Positions 1-11,646 of a DNA stretch of 64,000 nucleotides are shown in pieces. The stretch covers positions 5,785,074 to 5,849,073 of the forward strand of contig JBJCIZ010000239.1 of the NCBI GenBank assembly GCA_051294375.1. Direction: 5' to 3'. This stretch comes from Paraspadella gotoi (lineage: Eukaryota > Animalia > Chaetognatha). Under the pieces are notes generated by a model. That model was not told the DNA's origin. It saw only the letters and a program-made list of their open reading frames with translations, and ran no database searches. The translations under genes were made by a program, and so were the position numbers. The stretch's first letter is position 1; each line of letters starts with the position of its first letter.

Positions 1-33
1 CTTCCTCCTTCTCCTTCCTCTTTTTATTTTTTT

Positions 34-400
34 TTAATTAATTAAGGGCAAATATTCATGCTTGTCCATGGGCCTCATGTAGTCCTTTCCCAGCAACACC
101 TGCAACATCTCGACAATCTTCTCGTCCTCGCACGGCACGTGCACCAGGAAACCGTGGAGATCGGACGAGCAGACCCGGACGGTAAAGTCGTAGGACAGGA
201 CGCCTGTACTTTGCGAGACCGTGCCATGGGGTCGCCCCGAGGCCACGAGCCAAACGTCGGTGGACACGTTCGCGATTCTGTATCTGTAGAAAAATCCGTT
301 GTTCCCGTATTCGGGGAGATTCGGGTCTTTTTCTTCGACGCTGTAGTCTCTGGCTTTGACATCGGATCGTGAGGCCCCTAAGCGGATCATCTCTGGAAAA
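34..400 (-). CDS. Fukutin-like/LicD-family phosphotransferase, last exon
   Basis: Acceptor cccag at 402-401, phase 2 matching the previous exon. Translation ...VCSSDLHGFLVHVPCEDEKIVEMLQVLLGKDYMRP... resembles the fukutin C-terminus (LCWTEF..MKVHVPCET..YIEANYGKTWKIP). Stop at 36-34. Confidence 0.8.
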
Positions 401-480
401 CTGGGTTGAGAAAGAAAATAGGCCTTGTTTTGCCAAAGCACCCCCCGTTTCGTCTTAAATACGAAATTAAGCCAGTTTCA

Positions 481-895
481 AGGTTTAAGGATTAAGGTAA
501 AAGTTAGGGTTAGAGATCAGGTCGGGGATTAGGTTAAGGATTAGGGTTGGGAGTTAGGGTCAAATAATAAGTTAGGTTTTGGGATTAAGGCTGGGGATTA
601 GGGTTAGGGATTGGGTTATTGATTAAGGCTGGGGATTAGGGTTAGGGATTGGGTTATGGATTAAGGCTGGGGATTGGATTATGGATTAAGGCTTGGATTA
701 GGTTTAGAGATTGGGTTATGGATTAAGGCTGGGTAGGGATTAGGTTATGGTAAAGGATGGGGATTAGGGTTAGAGATTGGGTTATGGATTAAGGCTGGGG
801 ATTAGGGATTAGGTTATGGATTAAGGCTGGGATTAGGGTTTGGATTGGGTTATGGATTAAGGCTGGGGATTAGGGTTAGGGATTGGGTTTTGGGT
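481..895 (+). repeat. TTAGGG-rich ~36-bp minisatellite in the fukutin-like intron
   Basis: About 8-9 copies of ggattaaggctggggattagggttagggattgggttat. Confidence 0.85.
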
Positions 896-1055
896 TCAAT
901 AAAACTTTCAGGTTAAACGTTAAAATAAAAATCAAATAAAGAGATGATGTCACAGATGATGCTACAGTTAGACAAAGCTATCTCACTCACTCTTATATTC
1001 TCTCTCTCGCTCTCTCTATCTATCCTCCACTCCCCCTTGCACTCCTCTTACTCAC

Positions 1056-1168
1056 GCTTCGACTCGACTGTATCCAAAAAAGTCCACATCGCTATCTTCG
1101 GGCAAAATGCTGCACTGACGCCACCAACCGAGCAGAGTCCCGCTGCGGAGGAAAGGACGAATACGAAC
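1056..1168 (-). CDS. Fukutin-like/LicD gene, catalytic exon
   Basis: ag|VRIRPFLRSGTLLGWWRQCSILPEDSDVDFFGYSRVE|gtgag matches the LicD/fukutin motif GTxLGWxRxxxxxPxxxDxD. Confidence 0.88.
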
Positions 1169-2230
1169 CTTGGCAAACAATGATTAATTTTTTTTAAAAA
1201 GCGCTACATTTCAGTAGCTTAATACCTGAAATTATTTAAAACTGTAGTCGAGCATTGCCTAATTTGACTCCGCCTATAACTTATAGTATAAGCGTGATAC
1301 CTTCAGTCGTGACCCGGTGGCTTATTGAGTAAAGCCATCAGCCATATTGTTAATAATAATTTTTAAAAATACAATTGTTTATTTTTATAAAATATATATA
1401 TTTAAGCGATTAAATCATGTCTTTATTTATANNNNNNNNNNNNNNNNNNNNNNNNNNNNNNNNNNNNNNNNNNNNNNNNNNNNNNNNNNNNNNNNNNNNN
1501 NNNNNNNNNNNNNNNNNNNNNNNNNNNNNNNNNNNNNNNNNNNNNNNNNNNNNNNNNNNNNNNNNNNNNNNNNNNNNNNNNNNNNNNNNNNNNNNNNNNN
1601 NNNNNNNNNNNNNNNNNNNNNNNNNNNNNNNNNNNNNNNNNNNNNNNNNNNNNNNNNNNNNNNNNNNNNNNNNNNNNNNNNNNNNNNNNNNNNNNNNNNN
1701 NNNNNNNNNNNNNNNNNNNNNNNNNNNNNNNNNNNNNNNNNNNNNNNNNNNNNNNNNNNNNNNNNNNNNNNNNNNNNNNNNNNNNNNNNNNNNNNNNNNN
1801 NNNNNNNNNNNNNNNNNNNNNNNNNNNNNNNNNNNNNNNNNNNNNNNNNNNNNNNNNNNNNNNNNNNNNNNNNNNNNNNNNNNNNNNNNNNNNNNNNNNN
1901 NNNNNNNNNNNNNNNNNNNNNNNNNNNNNNNNNNNNNNNNNNNNNNNNNNNNNNNNNNNNNNNNNNNNNNNNNNNNNNNNNNNNNNNNNNNNNNNNNAAA
2001 GTAGGCTCGATTCCTTATGCTTTTAAGATTTTTTCATTCATAGCATAGCCTTGTCACCATAATGCGGTTCAGTCGATAATAACAAAAACAACAACAACAA
2101 CAATTTAAACAACTTTGTTTCAACAAAATTGGTACAACGAATATAAAAATTATCCATTCGTTTAATAAATAAGCTTATGTGGACTTTAGTGGATTTTAGT
2201 GGATTTTAGTGGTTTTTAGTCCACCATAAC

Positions 2231-2787
2231 CTTCTCTTCCTCGTCGAAAGTAAAGACGAAAGAGAATCCTCTTCCACAGATAAAACGGAACTTCTTTCGA
2301 CTTCAAAATTCCCCCCAGCGTATGCCTCGGCTGCGTCGCCATGACGACGAGGACGTTGACGACGACGCCGTCGTCCCGGCCCGCTCGACGCGTACTTCGG
2401 AACCGCAGGGCGCCGCGATCCCCGCCGCCGTCGACGCGCAGACGTCGAGCAGCGAGCCAGGCCGCGGCGGGCGTCCAAAGCGTCGGCGTCCTCGCCAAAG
2501 ACTCCGAAATGTTGGACGATGACGTAAGGATCGAGAAATCGCGCCGCCCAATCGGTGGACGACGCCGTGGCGATGTCGCCGACGTCGATGAGAAAGAGAC
2601 GAACGCCGGCGTCGCGAAGGTGAGATAAGAGCGAGACGAGGACGCTGGAATTCGCTGCTGCTGCGGCGGCGGCGTCATTCTTGACCGAAGGTGGCGAAGT
2701 CACGAAGACGACTACGACGACGACGACGACGACGACGAAGAATGAATTGACGAGAGGATTTTTTAAACTTTTGCTTAAAATCCGCAT
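2231..2787 (-). CDS. Fukutin-like gene, probable first exon (signal anchor plus N-terminal domain; one apparent 1-nt frameshift near 2470)
   Basis: ATG at 2787, poly-Val hydrophobic stretch, VRLFLID (cf. fukutin VPVFLID). Removing one C in gacgcccgccgcg joins it to the frame ...VVVNVLVV...YLW...G|gttat. More exons may lie in gap 1432-1997. Confidence 0.55.
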
Positions 2788-4079
2788 CTTAATTGTTATG
2801 TATCGCATTCAAAATGACAAAAAGACTCTTTTTTGCAGATATTTTATTGACATTTGTTTTTCCGAAAAAGCAAAATTTCGTCTTCAAATCCTAATTTAAA
2901 TTAATTTTTAGGTTTATAAATAGTTGAATATCATTATTTAAATAAATATATAGTCAAATAATAATTGTGGAATACATAAATAGTTAAATAACTATATTAA
3001 TAATTGAATATATTAGGATTTCCATTAATATAACGGATTTAGGAACAGAAATTGGGCCCTTTTGGGAAAAAAAAGCCTAAATGCTCAAACTATTATTTAC
3101 ATTCTGATGACTCTGTTGTCGGGCATTGCATAAGTTCACCCCACTCATTTAGATCGATCCCCAATGGTACCTACCCTGCGGGAAGCGTGAGGACGGTCTT
3201 AAACCGCCTTGGGGGCTTGGAAAATCCTCAAGCCTGGTTCCAAGCCCAGGACCCCTTCTATGGCTGCTAGAGGGGGTTAAAGAAGTTGCGGATAGCACTC
3301 TTCAGCCCCACTTAGCGCCTTATCCACATTCCACAGCCCTACCACCACAAACACAGACTGCCCAGTCAAGCGAATTGTGATGGTTACGATCCTCCGCATA
3401 TAAGCTGCCGGTGATGACACATTATATCCTTACTTTCTTTAAACTACTGACTCTTATTAAGCCGATCGATGCTGTATCAAGGTGAGGCAAGCGAAAATAA
3501 TTACAATAATGATACAGAAAGAGGATGTATATAATTTTCGCCAATGCTCACAATAAACACGGTTGAATTAAAATCTTAATGACCAATAAAATATAATAAA
3601 ATATAATAAAATAAAATAAAATATAAATCTCCAGTTTTCAACCTGACGCAAGGTTTTATCGATGCGTTGTTCTTTTGTTATTTTATGAAAATGTCTCCGA
3701 GTCTTAAAGGCCCCTTTGTTAGATCATGAAAATGGGTTAGGTAAAAAAGTTTGATTTTGGGAACCGACTCGATTCGAACTTCATGCGTTTCTGAGAAAAC
3801 TTTCAACGGACCAAAACTTCTTAAAATGACTTCATACTTTTTAAATTGAAAATAGAAGTGTAATAAATTGCAAATTTTGTATTAGTCAATTACCCATGAA
3901 TATGAAATTTGCAACAAAAAATGTTTTGACTTAATTATGAATACTTATAAGGGATTGGTTTGTTTCTCTCTCCATTAAAATTTTAATTTGGTCGGCTGGA
4001 AATGCTTTTGTCCTTAGTTTTTGTGTCTTTTGTTGGCAGGTAAAAATCCTAGAAATCATGAGAGAGAGAAAGAAAGAGA

Positions 4080-4126
<47 letters not shown>

Positions 4127-4865
4127 TTATAGTCTGGCTTTAAATATCTTTCAGATTGCCTATTATAAGGGAATATAGTATTAAAAATAGTTTTATACTG
4201 AGAGAAAGAAAGAAAGATAGAAAGAAAGAGACAGAGTATCTGGATATCTCTCAGACTTCCTATCAAAATAAAAGACAAAGAAGAAAGTCAGAGAGTGAGT
4301 GAGAAAGAGGCTATCTATCTTTTTCACCCTCTCTCTCTGTCTCTGTCTTTCTATTTTCTCTACCACTCATATAGGCAATCTAAAAACTGGAATTTCCCTT
4401 TCCCCGTCTCTTCTTTATCATGGTTTTTTGCACTTGAGTAAAGGGTTTTTATACGCACCTCGAGAAACAGTTATTGAGACAAAAAAAAATAGTAAAAGAT
4501 AAAAAAAGGAAAAAAGAGATTAGGTTAGAATTATAAAGAAACTTTTCGTATAGATGATAAAAAAAAGGAAAAAAAATAAAAAAAACTTTTATGCTATATT
4601 ATTGACTCTCTTCAACCGTAGTGATCAAAGAGGACGGCTGTCTGTTAAAAAAAGCTCGGGCTGCCACTCGCGGCGCAGCTCCTAAATGAGGAGGAGAAAG
4701 GAGGAGGAAGAAGAGGAGGACAGGGCGAAGGAAGGAAAGTAGGAAGAGGAAGAGGAGAAGGTTTGCGTGTCAGAGACGACCGCGAAAAGAAGAGAGAAAG
4801 AAGGAATGAGAGAAGAAGAAAAAGATTCCTCGTTCTTACGCAAACATTTTCTCTCTCTTTCTTTA

Positions 4866-4924
<59 letters not shown>

Positions 4925-5051
4925 CCTCTCATATATTTCTCCATTCTGCATTTTGATTTTTCAGTCTATCATTGGATATCTCGAGGTTTCACTTTTCGTA
5001 AAACGATGACAACGAAACCGAAATTTTTTCATGAAATTTCTGCATTGTTAT

Positions 5052-5109
<58 letters not shown>

Positions 5110-6336
5110 CGTCATCATTGAGGCTTCGATCTGAATATCATCGTCCATCTGTCCGAATTTTTCGACTCGAATCCGGTTCATCTATTGTTTACTCTTCTCT
5201 TCGATTTTACTGGAGCCGCTGCTGGAGCTTCGCTGGAGCCGCTGCTGGAGCTTCGTTGTAGCATTCGGACAAAATTAATCTTGAAGTAATTGAAACGAAA
5301 TTGTTTTCAACACGATCTTTATTTTAAGTTTCGGAAAAATATATTTTTTTTTCGTAGTAAATGATATATATGTTTCGAACCAAACGATTATTTCCTCCGC
5401 GAAAGTTGATACATACATACTAGATACCGAAACATATTCTGTTTGATTTGTATGAATTAAAGTCACAAATCATTTCACTTTCTACCGACAGTGTCTTAAA
5501 ATTTTATTTTAAAAACCCAACCGACTAGCGGCCTTTGGAAAAAGAAACAGTTACAAAAAACAAAGCAAAACAAACCCGAAACGAAAACAAAATCAAACCG
5601 AGAAAAAAAAAACAGGTCTTTCTCGGAAAACAACCGGACCTTCTCCTTCACCTTGCGACGCGGCTCCAGTCGCTCGTCCGCCTTCTCTCACTCTTTTAAT
5701 GTCCGGCCGCTGAATAGGGTTCGATCCTTTCGAACCCTCGGCCACGCCCTTCGTCGACCCTGGACCAATACCAAATACAGTATCAGCTGCCGCAGGAGTC
5801 CCAACTCATGGGTGAGTCAGTATTTGCGCGGCATTTCGGATGATGATGCGTTGATTTTTGATTTGATTTTTATTTGGTATGCACAATTTGTGAAGGTTTA
5901 ATACTAAAACAGTAAAATTGTCGATGAGCTGTAAAAACATGTCTTATCAATGTTTGTCGGGCAAATTCTGTTAATTCATTATAAAGCTAACAGTTTGGTC
6001 AGGAAAAGAATCTTTGTATGAATTTTAAAGTTTTTAAAATTTTAAAGAATTTCGTTTATTTGAAAAAAGTTTAGTTAAATCTCATTTAAATTTTTTTTTA
6101 TTATAATTTTTATTTTCACTTTCTAACTTTCACTTTTTTAATCTAACTTCTCGAAGGCTGAATCGCAAATTTTGACCTCATATAACAATTGTACGTCACA
6201 AAATATTTTGTTGTTAAGCATATCTAATTCCCTATGATCCCGTCTTTACTGTAGACTTCATTCTGGCCAGCAAGTTCTCGATCCGGGCTTCGCTTCTGAA
6301 TTTTGCTTTCAACTTTCTCTTCTCAATATTTTCTCC

Positions 6337-7409
6337 TTTTTAGTCGGATCTGCTTTCAGAAGATTCCGACTCTATAGTCAACTTTGTTGGTCTGTCGGTC
6401 CCCCCTAAAAAAAACATTGTCGGTAAATAGCTTATATCATGCCAGAACATCAAATTATCACAAATTTTATAAAAAAAATGATGTCCGTCCGTCCGTCTTT
6501 CTGTCTGTCTGTAGGTCCGTCTCACCTTTTCATTAAACTCCAATTACTCGTGATTGGATGGATGGATTGGAAATTTTGTGTGTCGGTAGGAAAGTGTGTG
6601 ATTGAGCTGGATATAAAGTTTCGATGGAATAGTGCGAGTGGAAATGAATTTAAATGGAAAAAAACAAAAGTCATATTTACTCGTAATTTTTATATTGATA
6701 AAAAATTGGATAGATAAATTGAAATAAAATTTTGTGAGTGGGTAGGAAAGTATTTGATTAAGCTGGATATAATTTTTTGATGGAATCGTAGAAGTGGAAA
6801 ATAGTTAAAATTAGAAAACCAAAAGACACATTTATTTGAATTTTTAAAAGTTTCCCCTTCTTTATCTCTCTCTGATTGATTGAAGGATTTAATGGATGGA
6901 TTGGAATGAAATTTTGCGTGTGGGTAGGAAAGTGTGTGAGTGAGCAGGATGTAATTTTTAGATGGATTTGTGCGAGTGTAAATGAGTTTAAATGGAATAA
7001 ATAAAAGTCCCATTTTTTTACGTTTTTTTGCTTATATTTTCTCATAATTATTTATTTATTTATTTATTAAAAATAGGATAAATATAATTGAAATGAAATT
7101 TTGTGTGTGGGTAAGAAAGTATGTGATTAAGCTGGATATACATTTTTGATGGAATCGTAGGAGTGGAAAAGAATTTAAATTAAAAAACCAAAAAACATTT
7201 ATTTGAATTTCTCTCTCTATATATCTGTCTTATTGATTGATTGAATGTTAAATTGGTTAAATGATTGATTGATTTTTTTTTAATTGATCTATTTAGAAGT
7301 ATGTTATGATTTATGTTCTAGTTATGATTTGTTATGTTTCTCTCTCTCTCTATTTATTTATGAATTTTCTTGTCACATTCATCGGACATCCCATCTGGTT
7401 AGCCTTTTT
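6337..7409 (+). mobile_element. DINE-1/HINE-like non-autonomous element with internal tandem repeats
   Basis: Starts in a T-run (ttttagtcgg), has a (gtcc)/(gtct) microsatellite at ~6483-6520 and four ~150-190-bp units at ~6555-7215 (core aaattttgtgtgtgggtaggaaagt...gctggatata), and ends in a T-run. Confidence 0.5.
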
Positions 7410-7979
7410 ACCTCTTACCGTAGGCAGATTCGACATTGTTTGCCCAAACTTGTTTTCTTCTTAATTCCACTTTGACGTCCGAGATTACGGCCTTTGTCTT
7501 GCGTCCGTCAGCGTTGTTTCGCCGTTAACGCGGCGTCTTCCGGCGCTGCTGAGGCAGAAACCGGTGGCGCTGGTCAGCCCCGTTATGAGCTCTAACATGG
7601 TTGCATGAAATCTGAATAAATATTGAACTTAAACGCTAAATTTGTTCATGAATTTAATACATAAATCTTTTCATCCTCTTTTTATTTTTATCATTTCTCA
7701 CCGTGATCTAGTGCAGACTATTTTTATTAAAAATCATTGTGAATTCAAATATGAACAGACAATTATTTAGCCTTTTCATTGCTTTAAATTCATATCTGCT
7801 GTTTATGCGCGGTGAAGGTAGTCAAATATAATGTTTTTAAGTTTAAAAAAAAAATTCTCAATTTGTTATTCAATCATTGAAGAGTACCTCTATTTTACAC
7901 CATTAATAATCAACGAAATTTAATACCATTACAAATCAACGGAAGGATTGCCTTTATTGGGTCACTTCAACACCAATCA

Positions 7980-10900
7980 TTAGAATTTAGTCGACACGAC
8001 AACGAAAGGAATGTCGCAATGCGATCGATCGATCGATTCCCGAGTTCCATTCAAATCAGTCGATTCCGTGTTAACGCTGCTCCTCGATCTTTCGCGACTA
8101 AAATCCGACTGAATCGATTCGTAAACGTCGCTCGCTAAGGAACACTCGCTGGCTCGCGTCTCAGAGCTAAAATTTCTCACTCTCACCCGGTTCCCGTCGT
8201 CCGGCCGGACCAATATCCGGCTCGCTCTCATTTCTTCCGGCGTGATGGCCAGCCGGACGCCGGGATTGCCGAGGGCGCCGGTGCCGCCCGGACTTTCCCG
8301 ACGAAACTCTACGCCCGTATCGGATCGAAAAGTCAAAAAGTATCCGAGGAAAAATTCGCACAGAACTTCGGGACACTCGTAGGACATTCTCGTCCCCATC
8401 AGCGATTTTTCCGTCTCGACCTCGAAAATCGCGTCGAGAACTTCTCTCAAATCGTTCGCCCTCAAATCTTGAAAAGCCAAGAAATCGGCGCAGAGTCGCT
8501 GAAAGTCTTTCGCTTCAAATACCCAACCCGCCCTTTGCGAATCGTTCGCATCTCTGCTCCATCGACAATGCAATGCGTATCCAATGGCCGAGAAGATGAT
8601 AACCTTCTCCTGCAGAATCGATCGCAGGTCTTCGGCTTCTTCCGCGTTTCTTCTTCCCGATATTTTGACCGTCAGATGCTTGAGCAAAAATGCCAAATAG
8701 AAAGCGAGATAGTCGGTAGCGTTGCGAATTTCGCCCGTCCGGAACGCGTTGAGCATTCTAAAAATAGCAGCCTTACAAGGATTGCTGCAGAGCGAAGCAA
8801 CGACGTAACCTCGCCATCCTTCCTCGGGAGGACTGGGTAAAAAGTCCCTCCATTTTTGTCCAATCTGTTCAGGGTCGACATTCGCGATTTTCCACTTGTC
8901 AACCCTCATGCCGCCGCCGAAAACCGCCTGAAAATGATGCTGTCGACCTAAAAGCACCACCGTACTCGCGGCGTAAAGGGCATTGGGTTTCAGGAAGTTC
9001 AGCATCGAACCCCTGACGAAATCTTCGGCCTTGCTGCAACCATCGATGAGCCAAGCAACGCGTTTCTGCTTGCTTTGCAGATATTGACAAAACTTTTCCT
9101 TTTCCTCTTTAGTCATTCCTTCTTCCAGGAAAAGAAAATGTCTTTTGATTTCCTCGAAGATGAATTTTTTCGGACTCATTATTTCAGTCGGCGACTTTAT
9201 CCGCGAAACGTCAATGTAAATCATCAAATCGAATTTCTTCAACGCTCTCGCCGCGCCCGATGCCCATTCGCGGCAAATGTGTTGACAGAGGGTCGTTTTT
9301 CCAGCTCCTCTGCTCGTGGAATAAACGATATGTTTGTTGGCTCCGTTGGTGTCAAAGAGTTCAACGTATTCGTGCAAGGATTCCTCGCAATTCGGGCCGC
9401 CGTCCTTGATCAACTTCAATTCCACGTAGTCGTCGTCGAATCTCGTCTCCAGTTGATACAAGTCGTTGAAGGAAGGCTGCAACACTTCAAAATTCTGCAG
9501 ATAGTGATTTCTGAATTTGTCCGTGGTCGAGATCCAAAGCGTTTGGCCGGCGTCGATGGCCGCGCAATGGTCCATGTGCTCTGACACGTAATTGCAGAAT
9601 CGCTGACAATTGGCGAAGACTTGGCTGTACCTCTTGCTGGCGCCGCGCGTCTCGATGAAGGAAGCGAAGAACTGTCTTAAATCCACGGATCGATCCGCGT
9701 AATACTTGGTGCTGGCCTTGTCTAAATTGGGCCGCGTCCGCCCGGACCTGTGGGTTTGTAAAAAAGGCACAAAAAGATCAAAATATTATTTACAAAAAGA
9801 CCTTTAAAGTTTTGGGTCTTTGCAAAAAAAAAACCCAGCTTTGTTCATATAACAAAGTAGGTTAAATGTAATAAAAGAAATAATTTTTTTTTAAAAATAC
9901 ATCAAAGATAATAAAGTTATTCAAATATCAAATTTAAAATTTACCGACAAAAAAATATGTGCCTTTTGAAAATGACTTTAAAAAGACCCCCCCCCAAAAA
10001 AAACCCAGGTCTTTTCCAATGGGTCTTTAAAAGTGACAAGCCCTGACCTGTCTCTCATCGCGCGATTCTTATCCGACGAAACTTGAGCCCAGACTCCCTT
10101 CCGATTTTTCTCCAGAGCGAGGAACCGATGATCTTCGTCTTTGACGCAGCCGAGACACGCCACCTCGTGGCGGAGTCTTCCCACCCGGGGAAAGCACTTA
10201 ATGCCCCTACGGTTGAGGGATGTCCAATAGCTCGTGACTTCGAAGATTCGGAGATCCGACAGGCCGTTTTGGGGGCCGACGATGCGATCCTATAAATCAT
10301 GCAAACGCAACTGTTCTCAAAACAATGTCAGGAAAAAATAAAAATGAATTAACATATGACTTAAGGATTCGCGAATCACTGGAGATACGCCGGCACGGCA
10401 TAGGGCCAGGCGAAGGCCTCAATGAAGACTGGGGGGCCTTTGTGAGAACGGACGCCTGGAATCAGGTCTTTCATGACATGGACAAATAATGCGGGGACGG
10501 GGGTCAACCCATTTTTGGGTCTTTGGTCTTTGAACAGTTTTAGTCTGTTTTGATTTTTGACCTCTCTCTTTCTCTCTCTCTTTAAGAAAAGATTAATTTT
10601 GAGACGGCCCCTTAAACCTTCCATTCGTCGATGTCGTCGCATTCGTTCCATTCGTCTTCAGCGTCGCGATCCCGGAAATGATAGAAGGCGTTCGATGCCT
10701 TTGGCGCCGCTGGGCGTGGCGCTGATCGAAGGGATTTCCGGTTGGGAGATGTGCTAGCGAATGAGAAAAGAAAATAAAAAATATTAAAATAAAAAATAAT
10801 TCGAGTGAAAAGGAATGGTTTTGCTTTTTTTTCATAAATTCATTTATAATTATAATAATATATTTGCGGCATCGTCTTCCACAGTATCGAACGTTTTAAA

Positions 10901-11145
10901 AGTAAAATAATCACAACCCTCTTCCATTATTAGATGAAATGGTCAAAAAATTTTTTTGATTTAAGAAAACATATCAACATTTTCTCTCATCATGATGATA
11001 ATGAACTAATGATAAAATTTAAATTATATAAAAATATTTATTTTTTTTTCTTCAAAATATTATCTAAAACATGCATAACAAAACAACATTGCAACTTTTG
11101 AAAATTATTTCTTATAAAAAAGATTTAAAGACTTTGCTTAGTCCG

Positions 11146-11180
<35 letters not shown>

Positions 11181-11228
11181 ACTCTAGCCCTCTAAGTCGT
11201 CGCTGAAATCCAAAAACGTTCCCCCAAT

Positions 11229-11267
<39 letters not shown>

Positions 11268-11458
11268 CTCCAAGAGCTGAACGCGAAAGTCGGCCCCCGG
11301 GAAAGACCTCACCCTCCGGCCACCGTGGACGACGAGCGATTCCAACTCGTGGGGAAGGTGTGTTCGACCTCGAGGGCCTCGTCGGAGTCCTCCGTCGGCG
11401 GCTCCAGCGCGTCGAGTGATCGGGAGAGGGCGTCCAGGCTGGAGTAGGGAGTCGTCAT
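7980..11458 (-). CDS. Permuted papain-fold (PPPDE/LRAT-like) domain fused to a NACHT NTPase, no LRR; 4 exons, 763 aa
   Basis: Exons 11458-11313, 10753-10618, 10289-10048 and 9747-7980 have GT-AG boundaries with matching phases (2,0,2). Motifs: LRHE, LEKN, RYSQVFANCQRF; Walker A TSRGAGKTT...REWASG; Walker B VAWLIDG; CSNP; winged-helix-like LCEFFLGYFL. Confidence 0.8.
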
Positions 11459-11609
11459 CGTCGGAGTCGAGGCGCTCGACCACGGCGGGTTGGGGGGGAG
11501 GGGTGAAAGAAGAAAGACGCTAATTTTTCTCCTGTTTTTATTTTGAAATTACATCTATTATTTTTTTTTTTTACACCGCGCTCTCTGTTCTAGAAAAAGA
11601 CTGATTCAC

Positions 11610-11646
<37 letters not shown>

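Noticed and set aside
1310-1346. tRNA or SINE head (ggtggcttattgagtaaagc)
   Set aside because: A-box-like only; no B box or cloverleaf follows.
2125-2176. ~50-bp match to ~59164-59213
   Set aside because: A short AT-rich fragment of a dispersed repeat; no termini or function can be assigned.
3104-3200. Hammerhead ribozyme (CTGATGA core)
   Set aside because: No properly spaced GAAA and no flanking stems found by eye.
10376-10530. Extra exon of the NACHT gene
   Set aside because: No phase-compatible donor, and the flanking exons already join in frame without it.
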